Virus record (IMG/VR): IMGVR_UViG_3300042484_002423
Length of the DNA: 56,018 nucleotides
Reading direction: 5' to 3' (one strand)
Source of the DNA: a virus
Taxonomy: Duplodnaviria; Heunggongvirae; Uroviricota; Caudoviricetes
The translations under genes were made by a program, and so were the position numbers. Numbering within the stretch: position 1 is the first letter of the stretch; each line of letters starts with the position of its first letter. This document shows, in pieces, positions 28,201 through 37,116 of this stretch. Under the pieces are notes generated by a model. It worked only from the letters and a program-made list of their open reading frames with translations, was not told the DNA's origin and ran no database searches.

Positions 28201-29759
28201 TGATTTGCATTGTCCCACAGCAGAAATCCATTACCTGGATCGCCTGAAGTGGCTCCAGTGTTGGCCAAATAATTAAAGAAACTGCTGCTAGAACCTTGGG
28301 TACCTTGACTACCAGTTGTTCCTTGTGTACCAATACCTGTGATACCTTGACTACCAGTAGTTCCTTGTGTACCAATACCTGTGATACCTTGACTACCAGT
28401 AGTTCCTTGGCTACCAGTAGTACCTTGTGTACCAGCACCGGTTGTGCCTTGTGTTCCTGTATCACCAGTAGTACCTTGACTGCCAGTTATACCTTGTGTT
28501 CCTGTGTTGCCAGTTGTACCTTGTGTTCCTGTGTTACCAGTTGTACCTTGTGTTCCTGTGTTACCAGTTGTACCTTGCACACCTTCAATACCCTGTGCAC
28601 CAACAGTGCCTTGAGCTCCAGTTGTTCCTGTTGTGCCTTGTGTACCCAAAGCACCTTGAACGCCTTGGACACCTTGAGCTCCAGTTGTTCCTTGTGTTCC
28701 AATCACACCTTGAATACCAGTGGTTCCCTGGACACCACTCACACCTTGCACACCTTCAATACCCTGAGTACCAATTGGTCCTTGTACCCCTTGTACGCCT
28801 TGGGTGCCATTTACGCCTTGAATACCCTGAACCCCAGTTGTACCTTGAGCACCGGGTGCGCCTTGACTACCAGTTGATCCAGTGATACCCTGTGCACCTG
28901 TGGTGCCTTGTGTTCCGTCGGTACCTTGGGTACCAATAACACCTTGCACACCCTCAGCACCTTGTGTACCTGTTGTTCCTATGGTTCCTTGTACACCCTG
29001 AGCACCAGTTGTGCCCAGTGGACCTTGAGCACCTGTAATACCTTGTGTACCTGTAGTGCCTTGTGCTCCGGTTGTGCCTTGGACGCCACTACTAAGAGAA
29101 TCAATGTTGATAGTATTAGTAGCTGGGTTGGCAGTCATTCTAATATTGCTACCAGGAGTAAAAGTCAAAGTAGTTGTTACATTAGCAGCTAAAGATGTGG
29201 AATTGGCAACTACATTAGAAAAAGAATTGGTGGTAGTAACACCAGTCAGCAGGGCACCGTTACCAAGAATGTAGTTACCAGCAACGTTACCAGCTGCGCT
29301 GAGCCCTGAACTGGTAATAACCAAAGCATTTGATGTGGGGCCTACTCGTATCGTTACAGGGCCGCTGGCATCGGGGATACTAATGTTGCTGGTTCCATTG
29401 GCAATAAATGAACCAGCACTGGCAACAATTCCTGTTAATTGACTGCCGTTACCTGAAAAGTAAGCAGCATGAACTGTGTCCATTCTCTTGGTGGGACTAC
29501 CAATATCGTATACAGAATCAATGCTGGGCAGTATTGTACTATTAGCTTGTATACTGCCAACGCCGTTGGCTTGCAGCACTAGATTGTTATTAATTCCAGC
29601 TACTGAAATGGTGTTACCAGAAATTACAATGTTGCTGTCAACTGGTCCAGCAGAAAAAATCTGCGAGAAATTGTTGTTTACAGCTTCAAAAGCTTGTCTT
29701 AATGGTTCACCAGTTCCATCGTTGGCTGCTGCGCCAACATTAATTATTTCTTGTGCCAT
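22275..29759 (-). CDS. Giant collagen-like fibre (2494 aa) with gp9/gp10-like N-terminus and C-terminal chaperone-like domain
   Basis: Five Gly-X-Y tracts (GTQ/GAQ/GTT); [21 protein letters not shown]-terminus; YADLAEMY...GVVSTNP...GRVP...GDVLV...IGKA C-terminus. Confidence 0.9.
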   Translation of the reverse strand: MAQEIINVGAAANDGTGEPLRQAFEAVNNNFSQIFSAGPVDSNIVISGNTISVAGINNNLVLQANGVGSIQANSTILPSIDSVYDIGSPTKRMDTVHAAYFSGNGSQLTGIVASAGSFIANGTSNISIPDASGPVTIRVGPTSNALVITSSGLSAAGNVAGNYILGNGALLTGVTTTNSFSNVVANSTSLAANVTTTLTFTPGSNIRMTANPATNTINIDSLSSGVQGTTGAQGTTGTQGITGAQGPLGTTGAQGVQGTIGTTGTQGAEGVQGVIGTQGTDGTQGTTGAQGITGSTGSQGAPGAQGTTGVQGIQGVNGTQGVQGVQGPIGTQGIEGVQGVSGVQGTTGIQGVIGTQGTTGAQGVQGVQGALGTQGTTGTTGAQGTVGAQGIEGVQGTTGNTGTQGTTGNTGTQGTTGNTGTQGITGSQGTTGDTGTQGTTGAGTQGTTGSQGTTGSQGITGIGTQGTTGSQGITGIGTQGTTGSQGTQGSSSSFFNYLANTGATSGDPGNGFLLWDNANQTSATSIIIDHITDNGQDIDIFLALLSQTEVITIQDRTNSANFQRWTISGTPTNVPNSYWTYPVTLQSSSGTGTTGFANNTTLVVALVNGVTGAQGTVGAQGTTGTGTQGATGTQGTDGTQGTQGTLGTTGTQGATGTQGATGTQGTNGTQGTTGTTGDTGSQGAVGTQGTLGTQGVQGIQGVLGTQGATGTQGTIGAQGTTGIQGTIGAQGVQGTTGAQGVQGIQGITGTQGAVGTQGTVGTQGVQGVIGTQGITGDQGVQGVQGVIGTQGTSGVQGIQGVQGVIGSQGATGTQGIVGTQGATGTQGTNGTQGTFGTQGTTGTQGIQGIQGVLGTEGSQGTTGTQGTNGTQGTTGTQGAVGTQGTQGTQGIIGSQGLVGTQGTTGIQGVQGTQGIQGLQGLGDRYATTSSTSLTIGTGTKTLTVNTSLNYSVGQETIIAFNSTNLMSGTVTSYTSGTGELIVNVTSTTGSGTYSSWEVNLAGAPGPSGVQGAIGAQGTTGTTGTQGTNGTQGTTGNTGTQGTTGTQGTVGTTGDTGSQGTTGAQGTTGTQGTTGTQGTVGTTGDTGSQGTTGAQGTTGAQGIQGVLGNTGSQGVTGAQGVQGIQGAIGTQGTVGTQGATGTQGATGAQGTTGNTGSQGATGAQGTVGTNGTQGIQGVIGTQGATGAQGTLGTQGVTGAQGATGAQGIQGVIGTQGATGTQGTFGTQGTTGTQGTFGTQGTTGAQGTDGTQGVTGAQGIQGVIGTQGTTGTQGATGTQGTDGTQGTTGAQGTDGTQGTTGAQGTDGTQGTTGAQGTQGTTGAQGATGAQGIQGVIGTQGSTGTQGATGTQGATGVQGTQGTTGTQGTLGAQGTDGTQGTTGTQGATGAQGTIGTQGITGTQGTQGVQGAVGTQGATGAQGIEGAQGVTGAQGATGAQGVQGTQGITGTQGITGAQGVQGVQGAVGTQGATGAQGTIGTQGITGTQGTFGAQGIEGAQGIEGAQGTTGTQGIQGITGTQGAVGTQGIEGAQGTAGTQGTTGAQGVQGVQGAIGTQGTFGAQGTIGTQGITGTQGTQGVQGAIGTQGATGAQGTIGTQGITGTQGTQGVQGVQGTQGITGTQGITGSSSNLFNYNANTGATSGDPGNGYLLWDNATQTSATSIIIDHITADGQDIDIFLALLIQTEVITIQDRSNSANFQRWTISGTPTTVSNNYWTYPVTLLGSGGTGTTGFANNANLFVALVNGATGAQGTVGAQGTVGAQGIQGVTGAQGTTGTQGATGAQGTTGTQGIQGVIGTQGATGAQGTTGTQGTVGTQGIQGIQGVLGTQGATGAQGTTGTQGTVGAQGAVGTQGTLGTQGVQGIQGVLGTQGATGTQGTTGTQGTVGAQGTVGTQGTVGTQGIQGIQGIQGVIGTQGTTGTQGTVGAQGAVGTQGTTGTQGTVGTQGTTGTQGTVGTQGIQGIQGVLGTQGTVGTQGATGAQGATGTQGAVGAQGAVGAQGVIGTQGTTGAQGTTGTQGATGAQGIQGVIGTQGATGAQGATGAQGIQGVQGVLGTQGTVGTQGAVGTQGATGAQGTVGTQGTIGTTGNRGGVPYTFSTTTTDADPGTGVIRYNNATIGSVTFLYIDNTDSLSNTQTTWYDTWDDSTNPGQEGYLYITSGASNGTTVNIWSVTGAVTVAAGYYKIPVAYVSGSLPTNAASLAMDFTRTGDRGAQGATGAQGATGAQGITGAQGIQGVQGRQGTTGTQGAVGTQGTVGTQGATGAQGITGTQGITGTQGATGAQGITGAQGIQGVTGTQGATGAQGTIGTQGAVGPSTAINATAVITGTFYPVMVGAAGSNQTPSIRTAATAFSFDAATNVLTVTATTARYADLAEMYTSDADYPPGTVLAFDGEQEVTISTYSHCYKIAGVVSTNPAHIMNSGIEGEFTIALALSGRVPCSVVGNIEKGDVLVSSDIPGVATALDLTKYRPGVVIGKAVQPYNSDQIGVIEVVVGRL
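22825..29085 (-). repeat. Coding collagen repeat tracts (9/18-bp periodicity) with exact tandem and segmental duplications
   Basis: Example: 36-bp unit ccagttgtaccctgagttccgtcggttccttgtgcc about 3x from 25828; duplicated globular domain at ~24530-24890 and ~27935-28290. Confidence 0.9.
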
Positions 29760-29814
29760 AGATAATCAAAGTCCTTGGTGTATTTACCTAAAGTACTTGA
29801 TTACGTTTTTTGGG

Positions 29815-32800
29815 TCATGTGCGGCCAACTACAATTTCAACCACGCCAGAATCGCCGTTGAAGTCTTGTAAAGATTTACCTACAATAGTACCTGATGGAG
29901 CATTGTTGTTGACTCGTGCATGCCCTGAACCAGCTGTGACCAACAAGTCACCTTTGGTTACTGGACCTTTTACTTTGCAATATACTCGCCCTAACAATGC
30001 CAGCACAACAACATATTGCCCATTTAATCCTGAGTTCATCAAGTAGCTGGGATTCTGTGAAACCACTCCTGCAACTCTGTGATCATTGTCTAATGCTTCT
30101 GCTGTAACTTCTTTTTCGCCACCAAACACCAGTACAGTGCCGGGCTCATAGTCAGCATCTCCTAGATATTTTTCAGCCAAGTCAGCGTATTGTGCGCTGG
30201 TTGCTTTGGCAAACACCGTGTTGTAATACACTGTTGCGCTACCAATGTTACCAACACCGTTAGCATTGGTATTAACAATATTTCCACCGCTGATTGTGCC
30301 AGTTCCTGCTGATAAATTACCGCCAGTTATGTTACCTGTGGCACTTATCAAACCAGTTACGTACTCACCCGTTGTGGCATACACCGCCACGTTAGACGTT
30401 CCGCCTATACCAACGGCCACATTGCCGCCTGAACTTACAACTCGAACATTTGAAGTTCCATTTTGAATACTTGTGGCATCAATACCGCTGAGCTGACTTC
30501 CATTACCAAAGAAATAACTGCCAGTAATATTGCCACTGGCACTCATGCGACCAATATTGACGTTACCTGTGCCATTTGGAGTCAATACAATGTTGGCATT
30601 GGCTGCACTTGTTTGAATATCCAATTGCGCACTATCAATGATGGCGCCTGAAATCAACAAGTTACCTGCTGTGATATTACCTGTTGTGACTGTCAGACTG
30701 GAGCCAGTTATATTGGTGCCAGTAATAGCGCCTGCGGCACTGACTTGACCAGCTGTGGTAATGTTACCACCAGCAACGTTGGCTGTTACTGTTACGCTGG
30801 ACAATGTACCAACTGAAGTAATATTGGGTTGTGCATTTGTAGTAACTGTGCCAGCTGTGGTAGCTGATGTAGCTGACCCAGCTGATACTGCGTATGTGGC
30901 ATTGGCCACAGTACCTGTGACATTGGCGCCAGTAATTGAACTTAGTGAAGCGCCATTGCCATAAAATGCCACAGCAGTAATATTACCACTAGCACTCATT
31001 CTACCAATATTGACGTTACCCGTTCCGTTAGGCGTTAATACGATGTTGGCATTGGCTGCACTTGTTTGAATGTCCAGCTGAGTTGCGTCAAAAATGCCGC
31101 CAGATACTATCAAGTTACCACCAGTGATATTACCCGTGGCACTGACTTGGCCTGCTGTGGTAATATTGCCACCAGCAACGTTGGCCGTTACTGTTAGCGC
31201 ACTCAAGGTGCCAACACTGGTAATATTGGGCTGCGCATTTGACGTAACTGTTTGTGCAGAGGTAGACGTTCCAGAAATATTGATAGTATAGCTGCCTGCT
31301 AGTCTGTCGCTGCTGACTGTACCAGTTGTCAAATTGCTAGCATTCGCTGCGCCAATTACAGTGGTAAATGTTCCAGTAGTAGCTGATACGTTGCCGCCTG
31401 TGATGTTGCCTGCAGCACTGACCTGGCCCACTGTAGTAATGTTTCCGCCAATTACATTGCCAGTAGCACTAAGGGTAGTGTTGGCCACAAGAGCTGTAGA
31501 ATTAATAACAACTACGTTAGAAACACCGTTAATTGCCGCGGTAATGTTACCATTGGTTCCAGCAACAGAAAAATTAGTAGTCCCGTTTGCTATCTGAGTT
31601 ACAGCAACGTTTGATGCCGCGGTAACGTTGGAAAGAAACCCACCGTCGCCAATAAAGAATCCGCCAGAGTTAGCCACAATGTTACCAGCAGCAACCAAGT
31701 TGGAGCCAGTTACAACATTTCCTGCTGCAGATATAATATTGCCCGAATTGATGGTCCCAGTAGCACTTACCAAGCCCACTGTTCTCAAATTGCCAGCCAC
31801 CACATCGCTGTTGGCATTGATATTGGCTCCGGTTATGTTTCCAACTGCATTAAATATGCCCAGACTAAAAATATTTCCAGCTCGAACGTTTCCTGTTGCA
31901 CTTAGCGATGTTGCTGTGATATCAGTTGTGGTTAAGTTTCCAGTAGCACTGATAACACCATTGGTGCGTATATTTCCACCAGTAACGTTGCCAGTTGCAC
32001 TGACTCCGCCTGCACCTGCTGATATCGCGCCAAGACTTATAACGTTTCCACCAGTTACATTACCAGTTACAGTTGCATATCCGCTGGCAACAATATTTGC
32101 TCCAGTGACCACGTTGCCAGTTGCTGTGACCAGACCACCAGTGTTCAAGTTACTAACAGTTGTGTTTCCATCCACGGTCAACGTACTGCTGTAATATCCT
32201 GTTCCAGTAACTGCAAATGTATGCAAGGGCGCGGTATTAGACACCCCAACGTTACCAGCAGGTAACACTGTGATTCGAGGTGTTAATGTTGCAGATGTTC
32301 CTGTTAATATATCTACTCTAGCATTGCCTGCTGTATCAGTTATGTTGGCTCTAATTGCTGCTACTGTTCTTGCACCTGGCGCGGAAGAATCGCTACTGTA
32401 CCATTCGTAACTGCCCAATACAGTACCAGCAGCTTCAGCTACATTGCTGCTGATAAGCCTTACTGTGGGAGTACTGTTTGCAGCATTTTGTGTAACAAAT
32501 ACATTGCCAAAACTGTTTATGTTTCCACCTGTGACATTACCAGTTACCGAAGTATTGCCACTAGTTATGTTGCCCGAGACTGAAGTATTCCCAGTAATAA
32601 CTGTGCTGGTACTAGTAAACACAACAACATTACTGACACCGCCAATTGACACAGTTGCATTTCCATTTACTGAAGGTATTTCAATGGATGTGGTTCCGTT
32701 TACAATTGCATCAATTACCACGTTTCCAGCTAGCGTAGCATTACCAGCAACAGTCAAATTTCCTGTTATTGCAACGGTGGCAGCATCTATGGTTACAACA

Positions 32801-32859
32801 TCGTTGGCATCGAGAGTTTGAATTGTTAAGTTGCCGCTGACACGCTTATAGGTAGACAT
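29815..32859 (-). CDS. Tail fibre-like protein with (A/S)TGN(V/I)TGGNI repeats and the same C-terminal chaperone-like domain
   Basis: Repeats throughout; duplicated QLDIQTSAANANIVLTPNGTGNVNIGRMSASGNIT; YADLAEKY...IVGKS. Confidence 0.85.
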   Translation of the reverse strand: MSTYKRVSGNLTIQTLDANDVVTIDAATVAITGNLTVAGNATLAGNVVIDAIVNGTTSIEIPSVNGNATVSIGGVSNVVVFTSTSTVITGNTSVSGNITSGNTSVTGNVTGGNINSFGNVFVTQNAANSTPTVRLISSNVAEAAGTVLGSYEWYSSDSSAPGARTVAAIRANITDTAGNARVDILTGTSATLTPRITVLPAGNVGVSNTAPLHTFAVTGTGYYSSTLTVDGNTTVSNLNTGGLVTATGNVVTGANIVASGYATVTGNVTGGNVISLGAISAGAGGVSATGNVTGGNIRTNGVISATGNLTTTDITATSLSATGNVRAGNIFSLGIFNAVGNITGANINANSDVVAGNLRTVGLVSATGTINSGNIISAAGNVVTGSNLVAAGNIVANSGGFFIGDGGFLSNVTAASNVAVTQIANGTTNFSVAGTNGNITAAINGVSNVVVINSTALVANTTLSATGNVIGGNITTVGQVSAAGNITGGNVSATTGTFTTVIGAANASNLTTGTVSSDRLAGSYTINISGTSTSAQTVTSNAQPNITSVGTLSALTVTANVAGGNITTAGQVSATGNITGGNLIVSGGIFDATQLDIQTSAANANIVLTPNGTGNVNIGRMSASGNITAVAFYGNGASLSSITGANVTGTVANATYAVSAGSATSATTAGTVTTNAQPNITSVGTLSSVTVTANVAGGNITTAGQVSAAGAITGTNITGSSLTVTTGNITAGNLLISGAIIDSAQLDIQTSAANANIVLTPNGTGNVNIGRMSASGNITGSYFFGNGSQLSGIDATSIQNGTSNVRVVSSGGNVAVGIGGTSNVAVYATTGEYVTGLISATGNITGGNLSAGTGTISGGNIVNTNANGVGNIGSATVYYNTVFAKATSAQYADLAEKYLGDADYEPGTVLVFGGEKEVTAEALDNDHRVAGVVSQNPSYLMNSGLNGQYVVVLALLGRVYCKVKGPVTKGDLLVTAGSGHARVNNNAPSGTIVGKSLQDFNGDSGVVEIVVGRT

Positions 32860-33447
32860 TTAGAGTTCCTTTGTGTTATTTATTCGGTTTTGAAACTCTA
32901 CCATTGTCATGTGAGCAAGATTTTTTGCACCGTGTAACTCGGTTATTTCAGCCGTAGTGTCACCTTTGACCCTAAAAAAATCACATTTGGGAAAATCTTT
33001 TGCAATGGTCAGCAATTGCCTGACCCAGTTGCCTGAAAATGTGGGAGGATGGTGGCTTTTTTTGTAGAATTCTGTGTCTGCATACATGTTGTTGAACTTG
33101 CCAGTTCTTGTTGGGCCCATGTCAAATCCCACAAGATATATTGATCTGTGCCGATCAAGTGCAGCTAGTCCTACTGCAACTGGGCCTGAGCTAAAACCAA
33201 AATACTGCTGAGGTATTCTAATAGCTCCTGAATCAGGCAAGGGTTTTCTAGTGTAGTGCACATGAGTTGCACTGTAACCTTCTTGTTGGATGCGTTGGCT
33301 TATTGGGGAATCTGTGCTGACCAATACATCAGGTTCAAAGTCTCGATACAGCGCATTACAGCCGTAAACAGATCCCAGTGTGCGCAACACTGATAAGTCA
33401 ACTTGATTTCGGCTCACGCCGTTGCCCAACACAAATGCTCTAGTCAT
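32860..33447 (-). CDS. Rossmann-like protein with VLGNGxSR motif; putative glycosyltransferase (GT29/GT42/DUF115-like)
   Basis: AFVLGNGVSR, YGCNALYR, DVLVSTD, SSGPVA, IYLVGFD. Confidence 0.55.
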   Translation of the reverse strand: MTRAFVLGNGVSRNQVDLSVLRTLGSVYGCNALYRDFEPDVLVSTDSPISQRIQQEGYSATHVHYTRKPLPDSGAIRIPQQYFGFSSGPVAVGLAALDRHRSIYLVGFDMGPTRTGKFNNMYADTEFYKKSHHPPTFSGNWVRQLLTIAKDFPKCDFFRVKGDTTAEITELHGAKNLAHMTMVEFQNRINNTKEL

Positions 33448-33479
33448 AAAAAAATCCCCCTAGTAGTTAGCTAAGGGGA
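33448..33479 (-). terminator. Rho-independent terminator
   Basis: TCCCC...GGGGGA followed by a T7 tract, after the 33499..34281 gene. Confidence 0.65.
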
Positions 33480-33498
33480 CTCTGCTGCTAGATTAAAA

Positions 33499-34281
33499 TT
33501 AACTAGTAACGTTGTCAATAATGGCCAGATCCAGCAGGTTCTGTTGACCGCTTTGAACTGTACCAGTATTGTCTGCTCCAGTTGTACCTGACTTAATAAC
33601 TGTGCCTTCGTCTGTGAAGAAGTTGGCTGCGTAACGTTTGTCAGCAACAACACTTGCAGCAGCATAGTCACTGCCGCCAGTCCAATCCAGCAAGAACTTG
33701 TTGGTTAACTTGCTGACTGTGGTAGCTGTAGAGTCAGTATTGGTAAATGTGATGGCCATGAGACCAGCTGCTGGAGTAGCATCGTCAGCAAGCACACAAA
33801 TTCCAACGCTGTTGGCAACGCCGTTGCCGCCGCTGTCAGTACCAGTTGCTGTGAAAATACCGCCAACTGCAATGTCAGCTTCAGCGCCAATTGCTTGCCA
33901 GCTAGTGGTTCCCAATGTAACAACTTGATATGCTTGCCCAACCACAAAACTGCCGTCGCTGACCCCAGTAGCGTCACCAACTAGGTATTTGTGAGAACCT
34001 TTTTGGCGTATAACGTAGCCAGTGGCCACGCCAATACCTGAGCCTGACGGATTAGCAATGTTAACAATAACATCAATACGAGGAAATGTAGCACTAGGAG
34101 TATCCGTAGGAGCTGCACCGCCGACTACACCCAAGAACTGAGCGGTGTTTAGTGTGTTAGCTGAGTTGACCACAGGATTGGTCAAGCTTGCAAAATTTGG
34201 AAAGCCAAGATCAACACCAACGCTGGCGCCACCGTTGCCTGATCCAGTAGAAGTTTTTTGTATTTTAAGAGGACGTCCCAT
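33499..34281 (-). CDS. Hypothetical beta-rich virion protein
   Basis: 260 aa rich in G/T/A/V; SD TAAGGAG; own late promoter and terminator suggest high expression. Confidence 0.75.
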   Translation of the reverse strand: MGRPLKIQKTSTGSGNGGASVGVDLGFPNFASLTNPVVNSANTLNTAQFLGVVGGAAPTDTPSATFPRIDVIVNIANPSGSGIGVATGYVIRQKGSHKYLVGDATGVSDGSFVVGQAYQVVTLGTTSWQAIGAEADIAVGGIFTATGTDSGGNGVANSVGICVLADDATPAAGLMAITFTNTDSTATTVSKLTNKFLLDWTGGSDYAAASVVADKRYAANFFTDEGTVIKSGTTGADNTGTVQSGQQNLLDLAIIDNVTS

Positions 34282-34413
34282 TTGTTTTCTCCTTAAAGAA
34301 GTCCGATGTGGGTTTTAGCCACTACGCGGTGGTATCCGCATAAAACGCAGAATTACGTTGACTTGTATTTATGAAAATTCTGGAATACCGGCCACTAGTG
34401 CGTAAATATTCCC

Positions 34414-35562
34414 GTGAACACCAACGAACTAATTGATCAAGGCAATCAACATCGCGCCCTTCGCGAGCCTGAAAAAGCACTGCAATGCTATGCATTGGCC
34501 TTTGTACAAGACCCAGATTCGTCTGCTGCCTGGAACAACTACGGCAATGTCATGAGAGAATGTGGATATCCTGCACGGGCAATACCATTTTTGGAACATG
34601 CCAATATACTAGATCCCAACAACGTGACTGCTCGATTCAATTTGGCAGTGAGTCACTTGCTCATGGGAAACTATGAAAAAGGATGGCCTGCTTACGAGGC
34701 TCGTTGGAATTACGAACATCTAGCAGGCACAGAACCAAAATATGCCCAGCCTCGTTGGCAAGGCCAAGATCTATCTGGAAAAACTATTCTAGTTGTTGGC
34801 GAACAAGGACATGGCGATTGTATTCAGTTTGTGAGATTTGTGTTTAACTTGCATGTGTTGGGAGCCAAGATCAAACTACAAGTCACCGATGGATTGATAC
34901 CGTTGCTAAGCCGTAGTGAGATTATTAGCCAAGTTGGCGGCTACGACTCAGACATGGGTGAATTTGATTACTGGGTACCTATGATGAGTATCCCAGGAAT
35001 CATAGGAATCACACTTGAAACTTTACCAAATGTACAAAGCTACTTGAATGCTGATCCTGTATTGCAACAGCAATGGCTAACAAAACTAGGCCCCAAACAC
35101 AGAATGCGTGTGGGCATTAGCTGGAGTGGTCGCAGAGACTCCTGGCTCAATCAGCACAAAGGCATACCGTTTCCTGTAATTTTAGAAATGATTAGATCCA
35201 ATCCTGAGTACAAGTGGATCAACCTGCAAGCAGACACCACTGATGACGAAGCTGTGGCTCTTGCTGATGCTGGAGTCACAATGTTTCCCGGTGCTATACA
35301 ACATTTTGGTGACACTGCGGCACTCATGATGCACTTGGACATTGTGATTGGAGTTGATACTGCTGTGAGTCATTTGGCTGGTGCCCTGGGCCGACCTGTG
35401 TGGATCATGCTGAATCAATTTGCTGTGGACTGGCGTTGGTTGCTGAATCAAGATTCTAGTCCTTGGTACGCCACTGCACGACTGTTCAGGCAGCCTGCAA
35501 GAGATGATTGGGCCAGTGTCACAAAGAAAGTTGCTCAGTTTCTCTCTTGGTTCAAGGTGTAA
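34414..35562 (+). CDS. TPR + glycosyltransferase (GT9/heptosyltransferase-like GT-B)
   Basis: TPRs (AWNNYGNVMRECG), EQGHGDCIQFVRF, VGISWSG, DTAALM.HLD.VI.VDTAV.HLAGALGRP, SPWY.TARLFRQ. Confidence 0.85.
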   Translation: MNTNELIDQGNQHRALREPEKALQCYALAFVQDPDSSAAWNNYGNVMRECGYPARAIPFLEHANILDPNNVTARFNLAVSHLLMGNYEKGWPAYEARWNYEHLAGTEPKYAQPRWQGQDLSGKTILVVGEQGHGDCIQFVRFVFNLHVLGAKIKLQVTDGLIPLLSRSEIISQVGGYDSDMGEFDYWVPMMSIPGIIGITLETLPNVQSYLNADPVLQQQWLTKLGPKHRMRVGISWSGRRDSWLNQHKGIPFPVILEMIRSNPEYKWINLQADTTDDEAVALADAGVTMFPGAIQHFGDTAALMMHLDIVIGVDTAVSHLAGALGRPVWIMLNQFAVDWRWLLNQDSSPWYATARLFRQPARDDWASVTKKVAQFLSWFKV

Positions 35563-35579
35563 CCTGTTATAATTGCAGT

Positions 35580-35685
35580 GTGTTCACAACTATTCCGTGA
35601 ACACTGCATAAAAGCAAGGTCGTTAAACTATATTACCTGATCCGCGCCGCTCTTGAATTGACCCGTCAAGATGTGCGGATTTTTT
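35580..35685 (+). ncRNA. Candidate ~106-nt small RNA
   Basis: TGtTATAAT at 35565-35573; 8-bp hairpin GTGTTCAC/GTGAACAC; terminator stem ATCCGCGC/GTGCGGAT plus T6. Confidence 0.45.
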
Positions 35686-35703
35686 ACGGCCACTAAATAA
35701 CAC

Positions 35704-36234
35704 ATGCTGATTGAAGATGTTATACCTGAACAAATAGTGGACGAATATAGACTGCTTAGAAGTTATGATCCCATGACGTCAGTTCAGCGTGGTGATCGCA
35801 AAAAGTCTCAGCTGAAACCAGTCAAAACTCCTTTGGCCGACTTTGATGTGCGCTACGAACAAGACAACAACTATCATGACTACTATCTATACCACAAGCA
35901 AACTGGACGATGCGTGGGACTGTTTACCATAGAAGACACCGGTGATCGCATGAAAGTTTTCCAGCCCGGAATACGAGCAGTGACTCCGCACATGGCCCTG
36001 GCTCCTGAAGCACAGCGACAAGGCATCAGCACACGGGCATACACCACATTTTTACGTGGCGGGCCTTGGGTGTTTGTGACAGATGAACACACTCAAGGTG
36101 CTGCACGACTCTGGGACAGTATTGCAACTGGCGACATTGTGAGTTTTTATGTTGATCAGCAGGGACGATCAGTACCAAAACCTGGACCAGGTGACACCAG
36201 AGTTCTAGGTCCCCGGTCAAGATTCAAACTTTGA
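35704..36234 (+). CDS. GNAT-fold acetyltransferase-like protein
   Basis: MALAPEAQRQGISTRAY (acetyl-CoA motif A), HTQGAARLW. Confidence 0.7.
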   Translation: MLIEDVIPEQIVDEYRLLRSYDPMTSVQRGDRKKSQLKPVKTPLADFDVRYEQDNNYHDYYLYHKQTGRCVGLFTIEDTGDRMKVFQPGIRAVTPHMALAPEAQRQGISTRAYTTFLRGGPWVFVTDEHTQGAARLWDSIATGDIVSFYVDQQGRSVPKPGPGDTRVLGPRSRFKL

Positions 36235-37018
36235 GGCTGACACAGTTGGCACCGTGCCAACGGGTATACATTGCCACACTGACTTGTTTATTACAATGCT
36301 CACAAGTTTTTTTCAACTGACTTGGGTGTGTTCCATTAGCAAGACGTTTTAGATTTGACTCTGCACCAACCCAAGGATTTTTGCCTTCGGCAATCATCTT
36401 GCGATTATGTTCAGGACCAAGTAAGTTATGTGTTCCAGCTTCAATCAACTTTTTGTTTAACTTACCTCCAGCATTAGGACTATTACCATTTTGCCAGTGA
36501 TGTATTCCTGCCTCACTGCGCCACTTGCTGGGATTATTGGTTAAGTTGATGTGATTGCCGCTGGCCATTGCTGTACTAGCGTTTCGGCCATCTTTGTTTG
36601 GATTGCGATTACCCTGTAGATTGTGTTTACCTTCACTAACTAACTTATTTTGTTTTTGTCTACTATTTTCTCTTGCTTGCGGATTTTTTCTCATGTAATG
36701 ATTATCACCAGCAATTTTTTCTGCAATAGTCGGATCTTTCATTGGGTTATTAGATGATTCAAATCCCACAGGATCCGATGTAAGATTCATACAACCTGGT
36801 TTGCCGTAGTGTTCAGCAAGATATTTGCCCTCAAGTAGTTTAAGTGCAGCCGAATCAGATGCATATTCAAGCACTTCTCGTGTAAGTGTTGTTTGATCTT
36901 TTATTGATCTTGGCCACATTCCTGACCCAATATAGCCATCGTTAATATTTTCCGTACTATGTCTGCCAACATAGTATTTTCCGTTAACGTGAGTTGTTTT
37001 GTATATGAAGTGTATCAT
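36224..37018 (-). CDS. GIY-YIG (Seg-like) homing endonuclease
   Basis: FIYKTT...KYYVGRH...GYIGSG, LEGKY, N; repeated GxHxx units; C-terminal CEHC..HGANC; start reset to the ATG at 37018. Confidence 0.85.
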   Translation of the reverse strand: MIHFIYKTTHVNGKYYVGRHSTENINDGYIGSGMWPRSIKDQTTLTREVLEYASDSAALKLLEGKYLAEHYGKPGCMNLTSDPVGFESSNNPMKDPTIAEKIAGDNHYMRKNPQARENSRQKQNKLVSEGKHNLQGNRNPNKDGRNASTAMASGNHINLTNNPSKWRSEAGIHHWQNGNSPNAGGKLNKKLIEAGTHNLLGPEHNRKMIAEGKNPWVGAESNLKRLANGTHPSQLKKTCEHCNKQVSVAMYTRWHGANCVSLKV

Positions 37019-37065
37019 ACAGTTATTTATGATACTCGCCAGCATTACTAAATATTACAGCCAAC

Positions 37066-37092
37066 AAAAAACGCCCCGAAGGGCGTTTTTTT
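37066..37092. terminator. Bidirectional Rho-independent terminator after gp23
   Basis: A6-CGCCC-CGAA-GGGCG-T7; C(UUCG)G loop on the minus strand. Confidence 0.9.
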
Positions 37093-37116
37093 ATGAGTTG
37101 CAAAGCAACAAGTCGA

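Noticed and set aside
22825-29085. CRISPR-like or DGR-like repeats
   Set aside because: Repeats are in-frame coding units with no unique spacers, and no cas or reverse transcriptase genes are present
22700-29300. Many long Cys/Ser/Thr/Leu-rich ORFs on + and alternate - frames
   Set aside because: They are antisense or frame shadows of the Gly-X-Gln collagen codons, with no starts, promoters or domains
37097-37109. GTTGC-AAA-GCAAC mini-hairpin after gp23
   Set aside because: Only 5 bp and adjacent to a clear terminator; no independent support
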